Positions 9,033 through 19,200 of a DNA stretch of 61,161 bases are shown here, one piece after another (position 1 is the stretch's first letter; every line of letters begins with the position of its first letter). The notes under the pieces were generated by a model that was given only the letters and a program-made list of their open reading frames with translations, was not told the DNA's origin and ran no database searches. Source of the DNA: a virus (lineage: Duplodnaviria; Caudoviricetes); the IMG/VR virus record IMGVR_UViG_3300037721_000087, positions 1 to 61,161 of that record. One strand, written 5' to 3'. The translations under genes were made by a program, and so were the position numbers.

Positions 9033-9573
9033 ACAGACCGATAGCGCTGTCATCATCCCGGGACAGGGGTTCATCTACATCGCCCCGGCCGAGACCGCAG
9101 TGCCTGCCAGCCTGACCGCGCCTGCTGTCCCGTGGGACTCCCTCGGGCACACCTCGCGCGAGGACGGCCTCACGATCACCCGTGACGGCGGTGATTCGGA
9201 GGTGCTCGGCACCTGGCAGAACCCGGCGCTGCGCGAGCGTCGCGACCCGACCACGTTCGCCATCACGCTGGTGGCCCACCAGGTCGACAACACCGTCCTG
9301 GGCCTGTACTTCGGCGGCGGCGACGCCTCGGAGGCCGGCGTGTTCGGCGTCAACTCCACGGTCGGCACCACTGACCGGGCCATGTACGTCCGGATCGTGG
9401 ACGGCGAGAACGAGGTGGGCATGTACCTGCCCCGCGTCTCCATCGCGTCCGAGGACGACATGGAGGTCGACCCGGAGGGCTTCCTGTCCTTCCCCCTGCG
9501 CGCCACCGTGCTGCAGGTCTCGGGCTCGAACCTGATCGAGTTCCTGGGCGACGGGCTCGGCGACACGCCGTGA
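9028..9573 (+). CDS. Major tail tube protein
   Basis: 'IPGQGFIYIAP', 'WDSLGHTSREDG', 'GTWQNPALRE'; AGGAGG RBS. Confidence 0.9.
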   Translation: MAQTDSAVIIPGQGFIYIAPAETAVPASLTAPAVPWDSLGHTSREDGLTITRDGGDSEVLGTWQNPALRERRDPTTFAITLVAHQVDNTVLGLYFGGGDASEAGVFGVNSTVGTTDRAMYVRIVDGENEVGMYLPRVSIASEDDMEVDPEGFLSFPLRATVLQVSGSNLIEFLGDGLGDTP

Positions 9574-9661
9574 CAGACGGCGGGCGGGTGGTGGGTGCGG
9601 ACCCGGCCACCCGCCTTGCCTCCCTTCCGGGTCCGTGCAGCAGAAGAGGGTCCGCATCCGT

Positions 9662-10147
9662 ATGACCACGAACACCCGCCCGGCTCCCCGCCGGGCACCG
9701 AAGCCCATCGAGAAGGCACCTGAAGAGGAGATCCCCTCGACCAGCGAGCAGCTGGCAGAGGAGGTCGTTGCCGAGATCGAGGACTACCCGCCCGGCACGC
9801 CGGAGTTCCGGCGCGTCCTGCAGCTACGCAGGCGTGACCGGGCCACCTACTACCGCGCGGCTGACGCGGCGAACCTCGTCATCCGGCAGCGCGCGAAAAA
9901 GCCCAAGGGCGACGACAGCGACATCACCACAGAGATCGACGGTGAGTCGGTGAAGATCAACCTCGGCGATTTCGCGGACTACAACGACCTGTTGGCCATG
10001 ATCGAGGACGTGCTCGCTGTCGTGGCTGTCGACAAAGACGCGTTCGAGGCGTGGGTCACCGAGGTCGGTGACACGGACCTGATCGCAGTGTTCAACCTCT
10101 ACCAGAGGAAGTCCCAGCCGGGGGAAGCCGAGAGCTCGTCCAGCTGA
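9662..10147 (+). CDS. Tail assembly chaperone (gpG-like)
   Basis: Between major tail and tape measure; ends QPGEAESSSS across the slippery site. Confidence 0.85.
   Translation: MTTNTRPAPRRAPKPIEKAPEEEIPSTSEQLAEEVVAEIEDYPPGTPEFRRVLQLRRRDRATYYRAADAANLVIRQRAKKPKGDDSDITTEIDGESVKINLGDFADYNDLLAMIEDVLAVVAVDKDAFEAWVTEVGDTDLIAVFNLYQRKSQPGEAESSSS
10120..10126 (+). promoter_or_regulatory. Programmed -1 frameshift site G GGG GAA
   Basis: In-frame CCG GGG GAA; the -1 frame is open (GGSRELVQLIDDHG...) to 10506. Confidence 0.85.
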
Positions 10148-10506
10148 TCGACGATCACGGGGACGCACTGCTCTATGACCTGATGAGCATCGGCGTCGAC
10201 CTGCGGGACCTCTGGCGCCCCGGGTCGACGCTCACACCGCGTCTCGTGCTCAAGCTGGTCGGGCAACTTCCCGACGACTCCGCCTTCGCCGCCTCCATCC
10301 GAGGTGGACCCATGCATCGGGCCTGGGACCTGCACAACCGCCTCATTGCCGCCCAGGTCAACCTCCTGCACGGCGCCAACCAGCAGCGGGCCGGCAAGAA
10401 GGCCCGCCCCCTCGTGCAACCGCCCGACGCCAAGAAGATCAAGCGCGTGGTCACGGTCGCCGAGATCGCAGCACGACGCAAAGCGAGAGAGGAAGTGATC
10501 GAGTGA
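10120..10506 (+). CDS. Tail assembly chaperone frameshift extension (gpGT-like)
   Basis: -1 frame ORF 'GVDLRDLW...LPDDSAFAASIRGG'; GTGA overlap with tape measure. Confidence 0.8.
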   Translation, partial: GGSRELVQLIDDHGDALLYDLMSIGVDLRDLWRPGSTLTPRLVLKLVGQLPDDSAFAASIRGGPMHRAWDLHNRLIAAQVNLLHGANQQRAGKKARPLVQPPDAKKIKRVVTVAEIAARRKAREEVIE

Positions 10507-13500
10507 CGGGTCCCGGTGGTCGTCCCGTCGCTCAGGTCAGCGTTCGCGTAGTCCCCGACAGCAGCGGGTTCGACGAGCGCCTGCGGCGCGAGCTCGGCGA
10601 TGTCCGGGACATCGAGGTCGAGGTCGACGTAACGGTCGACAAGGAAGCGCTGCAGCGCGAACTCGACGGGACCCGCGCCAACCCGGTGCAGGTCCCGGTC
10701 GAGGTCGACCGTGATCGATTCGACGCCGAGCTCGCTCGCATCTCGACCACCGACCTGCGCCCGATCGAGGTGCCGGTCGACGTTGACCGGGGCACCCTCG
10801 AACGTGCTGCCGAGCAGGCCATCACCGAGATCGACCCGCCGACACTGCCGATAGAGGTCGACCCGGACACGCTGCAGACCAGCGTCATGGACGCAGCCAC
10901 CCGGATCGACACGATCGAGCTCCCAGTCGAGGTCGATCGGGACCGGTTCGAGGCTTCGGTCCAGGACGTCCGCTCCGCTGCCGAGATCGTCGGTCGGGAC
11001 CCGATCCTGTTCCAGCTCGACGCGAACGAGGCCATCGTCCGGCGCAAGATCGCCGAGGTCGAGAACGACCTGCACGCGCTTCAGGAGCGCGGCGTCGAGG
11101 TCCTGATGAACGCCGACGCGGCGCCCATCGAGGCCAAGATGGACGTCATCGAGCGGCGCCTCGGTGTGCTGCGCAACACGACCGTGTCGGCGAAGGTCAC
11201 GGCCGACATCAGTGCGGCCGAGAACCAGCTCAGTGAACTGCTGTCCCGGCTCATCGCCATCGGCGACACCGACTACCGCGCACAGGTGCAGATCGAGACC
11301 GAGCGTGCAGCCGCCGACCTCGCCGCGCTGCTCGGCCAGCTGGAGAGCATCGACAACCGTCGCGTCTCGGCGGTCGCGGACATGGACATCGACGTGCTGC
11401 GCGCCGAGGCCCAGATCGCCTCGTTCGTACGCTCCGCCAGCGCGCAGCGGATCAACATCGACGTGGACGTCGACTCCGCGCGGGCCACCATCGCCTCGTC
11501 CATGACGGCCATCAGTGCCTCGATCGGCAACGGCTTCCGCTCGATCTTCTCCGGGATCTCGTCCTACTTCCAGAACATGGGCGGCGAGATCGTCTCCGTC
11601 GGTCCCAAGATCCTGAGCTTGGCCGGAAGCCTCGGCGCGGTCGTCGTCCAGGTCGGTGCGATCAGTCTGGCCGCGTCCGTGGCTGGCGCGGGGATCACGG
11701 CCGCCTTCGGGGCGGCAGCGACCGCCGTTGCCGCCCTGCCGGGCGCGCTGAACCTGCTCGCTGTCCCGATCGCTGCCGTTGTGGTCGGCCTCGACGGAAT
11801 CAAGGCTGCGGCCAAGACGCTCGAGCCGGAGTTCGCCAAGGTGCAGGCCTCGGTCTCCGCCACCTTCGAGCGCGGGCTCATTCCGGTGTTCAAGCAGTTG
11901 ACCGCGATCTTCCCGACGCTGCAGACCGGCATGAACGCGGTCGCGCAGTCGCTCGTGGGCGTGGCCGCCAACCTCACTCAGTTCATCACCCAGGGCGCCC
12001 AGTTAGAGACGATCCGGACGATGTTCACCAACGTCGCCCAGGCCATCACCGACATGGGCCCCGGACTCCAGAACATCATCGGCGGACTTCTCGAGGTCGG
12101 CTCGCAGTCCGCCGTCTTCGACGCACTGACCCGCGCGGTGAACACCTTCGGTGCAGAGTTCCGCGCCAGCGTCACCGACGTGCTCAGCGACGGCTCGCTC
12201 ACCTCCGCCTTCCAGGGCCTCGGCGGCATGCTCGCCGAGCTCTCTCAGGGCTTCGTCTCCCTGGTCGAGAACGGTATCCGCACCTTCGCTGCTGCCGCGC
12301 CCGGTGTGAACGCGTTCCTGAACGACTTGACCGGGTTCTTTAACCGGTTCGACTGGAACGCACTTGGCACGTCGGTCGGCAACGTCTTCCGAGGTCTCGG
12401 CGAGGCACTCGCTGGCGTCGACGTCGGCGTCATCGACGGCATCGAGGCGTCCTTCGGTCGGCTCGGCGACCTGTTCCGTAACGCCTCGTTCCAGGAGGAC
12501 ATTCAGGGCATGGTGGCCGGTCTCCCGGCCGTCATCGACCAGATGCGCGGCTTCGCGCAGGACTTCGCCGCGATCGGCAGCGGGATCGCTGCCGCCATGT
12601 CGACCTGGAACACGATCGACCAGAGCTTCCGCTCGTTCGTCGACAACTTCAACGCCAGCGCCGCGACCCTGGGTCAGAACCTCGGACTCAGCGGCCCCGG
12701 CACCATCGGCGAGTGGCTGACCGGGATCGACGACTCGATCGACCAGGCCCTCGGCATCATCCCGCCCAAGACCGAGCAGCTCGGCACCGACACTGCCGCC
12801 GGGGCCGAGCGCGGCCTGCGGGGTGGTGGCGGTAGCTTCGGCGGAGCGGCCACCGAGGTCTTCGGCCAGGTCGAGCCCGCAGCGGCAGCTGGCATGGCCC
12901 CAGTGCCCGGCGCGATCCAGTCCGGCATGAGCCCGGCCGCTGCAGCGCTCGCCTCTGCGATCGGCGAACTGCCTGCGGTCGTGACCCAGGGCCTGACCGC
13001 GCTCGAGGGCGTGACCATGGCCGGGATGATCCCGGTCGCCACCGGCGTCACGCGCGGCATGGCGGGCGTCAACGCGGCCATGCAGCTGGGCCTCAACTCG
13101 CTCGGTGCGGTCGTCACGACCGCGTTCGCCGGTCTCGCACCGCAGGTCACCACCGGCATGGCCGGACTGAACCTGGCCGTCGAGGTGGGCATCCAGTCGA
13201 TGGCGAGCGCGGCCACCAACGGCATGACGACGGTGACCACCGCGTTCACCACCGCGTTCACCAACCTCGCGCCCATGGTCACCACCGGCATGGCCGGACT
13301 GAATCTGTCGGTCGAGATCGGCATCCAGTCGATGGCGAGCGCGGTCACGAACGGGATGACCACGGTCACGACCGCCTTCACGGCGGCGTTCGCCGCGCTC
13401 CCCGCCCTGGTGACGACCGGTATGGCCGGGCTGAACCTGTCGGTCGAGATCGGCATTCAGTCCATGGCCTCGGCCGTGACCAACGGGATGACGCTCGTGA

Positions 13501-15008
13501 CGACCGCGTTCACGACCGCGTTCGCCGCTCTGCCCATGCTGGTCACGACCGGAATGGCGGGCTTGAACCTGGCCGTCGAGATCGGCATCCAGTCGATGGC
13601 CAGCGCGGTCACGAACGGGATGACGCTCGTGACGACCGCATTCACGACGGCGTTCGCTGGGCTCGCCCTCGGCGTGACCGCAGGCATGGCAACGATCTCG
13701 CTCGCCGTCGCCACCGGGTTCATCAGCATCCAGGCCGCCTTCGCGACCGGCTGGACGCAGGTCGCAGCGAACCAGCAGGTCTACATGACCTCGATCTCGC
13801 TCGGCATCGGCGTGGCCATGACCCAGATCGCCACCGCCGTTACCACCGGGTTCGTGCCGATCACGGCCGCCTTCCTGACCGGCTGGACGACCATCGCAGC
13901 TCAGCAGACGACACAGATGGCCACGATCGCCACCTCGATCAGTATCGGCATGATCCAGCTGGCCACCGCCGTCACTACCGGGTTCGCGGGAGTCCAGACC
14001 GCCTTCACGGTCAGCTGGACGACGGTCGCGGCGACCATCGGGGCCTCGTTCGCGGGCATCATCGCCCCGGCCGTCACCGCCGGCATGGTCTCGGTGGCTG
14101 CCGCCATCACGGCCGGCACTCCGCTGCTCACGACCGCGATGACGGGCGTGTTCATCGCGCTGGCCGCCTCGGTCACCGTGGCCATGGCGCCGGTCGTGCT
14201 CGCCGTCCAGACCGGCATGCAGCAGATGGCGCTCGCCGTGCAGGCTGGTGCTGCGCTCATGGGCACCACGATGGCCACGAGCATGGCCGGGTTCGTCGCC
14301 GCCGTGCAGTCCTCGATGACCACCGCCGTTGCGATCGTGACCTCCTCGTCGGCCGCCATGACCGCTGCGATCGCCCAGCTCGGTGCCACCATCACCTCGA
14401 CGATCACGGCAGCCATGGCCGGGTTCGTCGCTGCCGTCACTAGCGGCTCCAACCAGGCGGTCGCCGCCGTGCAGAACGCCGTGACGCGCATGGTCGGCGC
14501 CCTGAACTCCGCCGTCGGCCAGTTCCGCGCGGCCGGTGCCAACATGGGCCAGGCGCTCGCCGATGGGCTGAACTCGAAGGTGGGAGCCGTCCAGGCTGCC
14601 GCCGCACGGCTCGCGCAGGCCGCCGCTGCAGCTACCGCAGCTGCAGCGCAGATCCGCAGCCCCTCCCGGGTGTTCACCGGTCTCGGCGAGCAGCTCGGCG
14701 CCGGACTCGCGGTCGGCATGGACAACTCGCACACCCAGGTCGAGCGGGCCGGCACCCGGCTCGTCGACTCGGTCACGGACGCGGTCGCCCAGGTCACCTC
14801 GGCGTTCCGCACCGACGCGTGGGCGGGCGACTTCAACTCGAAGGTGAACGCCAGTCTGGCCGGGATGGATCCCGCTCCGGCACAGGCCGGAGCAGGCGGA
14901 AGCGGGGTCGCGATCACGAACATCATCAACAACCCCCTGCCCGAGCGCGGCAGTGACACGGTCGCTCGGGTCCAGCGGCGACAGTCTTCGATGGGGATGT
15001 TCGGATGA
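10503..15008 (+). CDS. Tape measure protein
   Basis: 1501 aa, Ala/Thr/Gly-rich; 'VSVRVVPDSSGF' N-terminus, 'IRSPSRVF' C-terminal motif. Confidence 0.95.
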   Translation: MTGPGGRPVAQVSVRVVPDSSGFDERLRRELGDVRDIEVEVDVTVDKEALQRELDGTRANPVQVPVEVDRDRFDAELARISTTDLRPIEVPVDVDRGTLERAAEQAITEIDPPTLPIEVDPDTLQTSVMDAATRIDTIELPVEVDRDRFEASVQDVRSAAEIVGRDPILFQLDANEAIVRRKIAEVENDLHALQERGVEVLMNADAAPIEAKMDVIERRLGVLRNTTVSAKVTADISAAENQLSELLSRLIAIGDTDYRAQVQIETERAAADLAALLGQLESIDNRRVSAVADMDIDVLRAEAQIASFVRSASAQRINIDVDVDSARATIASSMTAISASIGNGFRSIFSGISSYFQNMGGEIVSVGPKILSLAGSLGAVVVQVGAISLAASVAGAGITAAFGAAATAVAALPGALNLLAVPIAAVVVGLDGIKAAAKTLEPEFAKVQASVSATFERGLIPVFKQLTAIFPTLQTGMNAVAQSLVGVAANLTQFITQGAQLETIRTMFTNVAQAITDMGPGLQNIIGGLLEVGSQSAVFDALTRAVNTFGAEFRASVTDVLSDGSLTSAFQGLGGMLAELSQGFVSLVENGIRTFAAAAPGVNAFLNDLTGFFNRFDWNALGTSVGNVFRGLGEALAGVDVGVIDGIEASFGRLGDLFRNASFQEDIQGMVAGLPAVIDQMRGFAQDFAAIGSGIAAAMSTWNTIDQSFRSFVDNFNASAATLGQNLGLSGPGTIGEWLTGIDDSIDQALGIIPPKTEQLGTDTAAGAERGLRGGGGSFGGAATEVFGQVEPAAAAGMAPVPGAIQSGMSPAAAALASAIGELPAVVTQGLTALEGVTMAGMIPVATGVTRGMAGVNAAMQLGLNSLGAVVTTAFAGLAPQVTTGMAGLNLAVEVGIQSMASAATNGMTTVTTAFTTAFTNLAPMVTTGMAGLNLSVEIGIQSMASAVTNGMTTVTTAFTAAFAALPALVTTGMAGLNLSVEIGIQSMASAVTNGMTLVTTAFTTAFAALPMLVTTGMAGLNLAVEIGIQSMASAVTNGMTLVTTAFTTAFAGLALGVTAGMATISLAVATGFISIQAAFATGWTQVAANQQVYMTSISLGIGVAMTQIATAVTTGFVPITAAFLTGWTTIAAQQTTQMATIATSISIGMIQLATAVTTGFAGVQTAFTVSWTTVAATIGASFAGIIAPAVTAGMVSVAAAITAGTPLLTTAMTGVFIALAASVTVAMAPVVLAVQTGMQQMALAVQAGAALMGTTMATSMAGFVAAVQSSMTTAVAIVTSSSAAMTAAIAQLGATITSTITAAMAGFVAAVTSGSNQAVAAVQNAVTRMVGALNSAVGQFRAAGANMGQALADGLNSKVGAVQAAAARLAQAAAAATAAAAQIRSPSRVFTGLGEQLGAGLAVGMDNSHTQVERAGTRLVDSVTDAVAQVTSAFRTDAWAGDFNSKVNASLAGMDPAPAQAGAGGSGVAITNIINNPLPERGSDTVARVQRRQSSMGMFG
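13146..13673 (+). repeat. About 4 tandem 132-bp (44-aa) coding repeats in tape measure
   Basis: VTTGMAGLNL(A/S)VE(V/I)GIQSMASA(A/V)TNGMT(T/L)VTTAFT.AF repeated at 132-bp spacing. Confidence 0.85.
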
Positions 15009-15826
15009 CCGAGACTCTGCTGGTCAACGGGATCTCCCTCGACACCCGCTCGGTGATGCTCACCGATATCTCGGGTCTGTCGACGACACCGGGCAGGCGG
15101 GGGGAGAACATTCTCGTTCCCGGCCGGCACGGGCGCATCCCCACCCGCGCCAAGCGCTACGACCAGGGCGAGGCCGTTCTCAGTCTCTGGATCGACGGCT
15201 GCAACCCGGACGGCACGATTCCTGGCGGATCCAACGCTCTGCGCGAGTTCGAGAAGCGCCGGGACGAGGTCATCCGCGTATTCCACTCCGACACCGTCGT
15301 CATTGACTACACCCCGGACTCCGGACTCACTCGCCGCGCGCTCTGCGAGATCGCCGACGTCATGGACTTCACCCGACGCGGGGTGGAGCCGCTCGCGCGG
15401 GTGTCCGTCGCGCTGACGATCCCGGGCGCGTTCTGGTTCGAGATCTTCGACCAGACCCACACCGCCTCGCTCGCGACCGGCATGAGCACGGTGGCGACCC
15501 CGTTCGCGGGCGCGACCGCGCCCATGGACGAGCTCGTCATTACCTTCGGCCCGGGCAACAACCCCGAGTTGGGGCAGGGCGATGTGTTCCTGGCCTACGA
15601 CGGGGTCATCGCCGGGGGACGCACCCTCGTGGTCAACACGAGCACGTGGCAGGCCACCGGCACCGGCGGCTTGGTCGTCGACTACTCGAAGCTGCGCCAC
15701 GGCGGCAGCCCGCGCTGGTTCGAGATCGCGCCCGAGGACCCGGCCCCCACCCTGCAGCTGTCCCATAGCGGCGGCGGGAGTATGTCCGTGACGATCACGG
15801 GCAAGCGTCGTTTCTTGACCGGTTAG
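15005..15826 (+). CDS. Distal tail (Dit-like) protein
   Basis: First gene after tape measure; 'RRGENILVPGRHG'. Confidence 0.8.
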   Translation: MTETLLVNGISLDTRSVMLTDISGLSTTPGRRGENILVPGRHGRIPTRAKRYDQGEAVLSLWIDGCNPDGTIPGGSNALREFEKRRDEVIRVFHSDTVVIDYTPDSGLTRRALCEIADVMDFTRRGVEPLARVSVALTIPGAFWFEIFDQTHTASLATGMSTVATPFAGATAPMDELVITFGPGNNPELGQGDVFLAYDGVIAGGRTLVVNTSTWQATGTGGLVVDYSKLRHGGSPRWFEIAPEDPAPTLQLSHSGGGSMSVTITGKRRFLTG

Positions 15827-15843
15827 CTGAGGAGATCACACAG

Positions 15844-16212
15844 ATGCCCCGTTCGATGACGTACCGGAACGACGCCACCGACGGCGTAGCGGTTGATGCC
15901 ACCGGCTGGCGATGGTTCGCAGTCCACACCGCCAGCCCCGCTGGTGGTGTTGCGAACGAGGTCGTCGGCGGCACCTATGCTCGCCAGCAGATCACGTTCC
16001 CGGTCGGTGCGAGCGGCCAGTCGCAGGTGACGGCTACGTTCAACATCCCTGCAGGCACGACCGTCACGCACTGGTCTCGTCAGGCGGCAGCCACGGGTGG
16101 GACGAACAACTACGAGGACGGCACGTTGCTCCTCAATGGGCAGCCTTCCAGCGCTGTGTTCAACAGCGCGGGCACGTTGACCTTGACGCTCACTGTCAGC
16201 ACCCCTGCCTGA
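15844..16212 (+). CDS. Minor tail protein
   Basis: 'HTASP...NEVVGGTYARQQITF...FNIPAGTTVTHW'. Confidence 0.7.
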   Translation: MPRSMTYRNDATDGVAVDATGWRWFAVHTASPAGGVANEVVGGTYARQQITFPVGASGQSQVTATFNIPAGTTVTHWSRQAAATGGTNNYEDGTLLLNGQPSSAVFNSAGTLTLTLTVSTPA

Positions 16213-16286
16213 TCGGCGTCCAGTCCTCCCCACCATCCGCCCGCCCTGCGGGCGGGTGACCCTGCGCGCCGGAAAGGATCCATCAC

Positions 16287-19200
16287 GTGGCTGTTAGGTT
16301 CGGCGGCACCGCCGGCTACTCCGCCACGACCGGTATCCCCGCAGGCCCGGCCTCGACGTTCCTGTTCTGGCTGTACCCGGAGACGACCGCCCCGGCATTC
16401 CAGTCGCTCATCTACCTGCGCAACGCGGCCGGCGCCAACAGGTGGTTCGAGACCGCCGGTGCCACCATCGACACGTTCTCCGACGTCTCCGGCGCGACCA
16501 CAACGGCCGGCGCGATCGCGGCGAACACCTGGTACCGGGTCGCGATCACCGACAACGGCACCACCACGACCATCTACCTGGCCACCCAGGCGGGCGTGTT
16601 CGGCACCTACACCGGCAACTCTCCGCCGCCCGCCACGCCCACCCTCATGCGCCTGGCAGAAGCCGGCGCTACCGGTGGCGTGGAACGGCTCACCGGCCGG
16701 ATGGCCGCGCTCAAGTCCTGGAGCGCCACACTCACGGCGACCGAGGTGGCGGCGGAGTTCGCACAGTTCGCTCCTGTGCGCACCACCGGTCTTGTCCGGT
16801 ACCACCGTTTCACCAACGCGGCCACCGGTGCGACCGCCCAGGGCGGCGGGGCTTCCACGCTCACGGTGGTCGGCACCATCACCGACGCCGCCGACCCTGT
16901 CGGCATCCCTGAGAGCGCAGCTGTAGCTCGCACCGCCACCTCGGTAACCGACACCGTCACCACCGTCGGCTACACGATGCTGCAGGGCGAGCTCCGCACG
17001 GCGTCGAGCGAGACCGGCACGAGCACCGTCGGCGAGGTCACCGCTGTCGGACACACCGCTGCAGCTCCGTCGGTCACGGGCACGACCACCACCGGTGCGG
17101 TCACCTCGGTGGCCCACACCGCAGAAGCCATGTCCCCGACCGACACGACGACCAGTTCATCGGTCACGGTCGCGCACTTTGCCGAGGCCACGTCCTCGAC
17201 CGACACCGTCACGTCGGTGACGTTCGTCCGGGACACCATCTCGCTGCCGTCCACCGGCCCGCTGTTCTTCGACTTCTGGGTCGTCGACCGGGCCACCAAC
17301 ACGCTCGTCGCCCCGCTGCCCGACTACCGCGATGCGAGCATCGCCCCGGTGCTCGGCGAGCCCGGCGCGGTCAGAATCACCTACCCGGTCGACGGGCTGA
17401 ACTACGCGCTGCTGCGCGATGGCGTGACCCACGAGCGGGATCTCGAGCTTGAGGTGTGGGTCGGAGGCCGCAAGGACGCCGGCCAGCGGGTCATCCTCAT
17501 GGAGTCCAACGGTGACCGCGTCGCCGAGCAGGGCATCCACACCTTCGGCGGGCACTTCCTCCCGATCCTGCTCGACGAGATGGTCGTCCTGCCCGACCCG
17601 ACCGACGAGAAGCAGGAGACCCGCTTCGTCGCCGCCACCGCCGGTGCGATCGTGAAGACGCTCGTCCAGCGCGCACAGACGGCCGGATACCTGACCGGGA
17701 TCTCGACCAGCTCGTTCTCCACGACCGTCGACTCGAACGGTGTGGCGTGGGGGCAGCAGGCCAACATCAAGTTCTCTCCCGGGCGCAAGTACCTGGAGGT
17801 CATGGCCGACCTGGCCGAGTACGGGCTGTGCGAGTTCGAGATCACCCCCGACCGCCAGCTGCGGCTCTACAAGTACGGCACGCGCGGCGTCGACCGCACC
17901 ATCGGCGCCTCTCCGATGATCCTCCGGCGTGGTGAGCACCTCACGCAGTCCCCGCGCTCCACGTCCGTGCGCGAGGCCGGCACCGACCTGCTCGCCGCCG
18001 GCAAGGAGGGCCTGTACCGCACGGAGTCGAACGCGACGGCAGCGGCACTGCGCGGGCGCCGGATCCTGCGCTACGCCTCCGCCAACGGACTCGACGACCC
18101 CGAGGCGTTGATCGGCTGGGCGCAGGCCCAGCTCGTGGGCGCCAGCGCGGGACAGGACGAGCGGGCGCACGAGCTCTCGTTCGGCCCCGGCAACCCGCTG
18201 CCGATCGCGGACTACGACCTTGGCGACTGGATCGGCACGTCCACCGGCGACCCGACCATCGGCTTCGAGCGTGAGCGGGTCATGCAGTGGTCGTTCGAGG
18301 AGAACGAACACGGCGAGGTCAGCGGCAACGTCGTCACCGGCACCCCGTTCATGGACGCCGTCGACCGGCTCCGCCGACGCGTCGCTGCCATCGAAGGCGG
18401 TTCGACCGTCGTCGGCACCAGCGAGCCGGGCGCGCAGGAGGAAGACCTCACCCCGCCGGCCGCGCCCACCGGCGTGCTCGCCTCCTCCATCGCCTATCAG
18501 GACCCCGAGCACACGCAGACCCTCGCTGTGGTCACGGTCGGGTGGCAGCCAGTCACGACCAACGCCGAGGGGTCGCACGACCCGAAGGTCCAGGCCGCGC
18601 AGCTGATCCTGGACCGGATGGAGAGCGTCGACCCCATCCTCGAGGATTGGACGTGGGTCGACTGTCCGCAGGTCGTGCGCGACTACAACGACCCGCTCCT
18701 CGCCCTGTTCGAGGCCGAGGACCCGGAGCCGCAGCCCGAGTCGTGGCTGCAGGACTACATCGACGAGAACACCGGTACGCCCACCGTCACCGACGACGTC
18801 GCGGGCTACCGGGTGCGCTACGCCTACCTCGGCCTCGCGCAGGTCGGTGGCATCCCGAGCTCCGACCCGTTCCCTGAGGATGAGCGTGTCTACTACGAGG
18901 CCACCGCGCCCGGCGGCACCACGCAGACGTCGCACTCGTTCGGTGGCGTCGAGGGCGGCTCGAACCTGCGCATCGAGGTGTGCGCGTTCGACAGGAGCGG
19001 CAACCAGGGCGCGTGGACCGCGATCGGGCACGACGTCGTCAACGACGCGCTCCCGCCCCCCACGCCGTCCACGCCCACCGTCTCGACCTGGTTCCGGACC
19101 ATGGACATCACCTGGGACGGGCTCGGGTCTGCAGGCGAGGCCATGCCCCCGGACTTCGACCACGTCGAGGTGCACGTCTCGCTGGCGAACAACTTCACCC

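Noticed and set aside
13146-13673. Tandem repeats as a CRISPR array or DGR template
   Set aside because: In-frame 132-bp coding repeats with no unique spacers; no cas operon or reverse transcriptase seen.
12003-14732. 909-aa minus-strand ORF (likewise 17157-19457, 2858-4456, 633-1970, 13901-15766)
   Set aside because: Shadow ORFs opposite well-supported genes; expected in high-GC DNA; no recognisable motifs.
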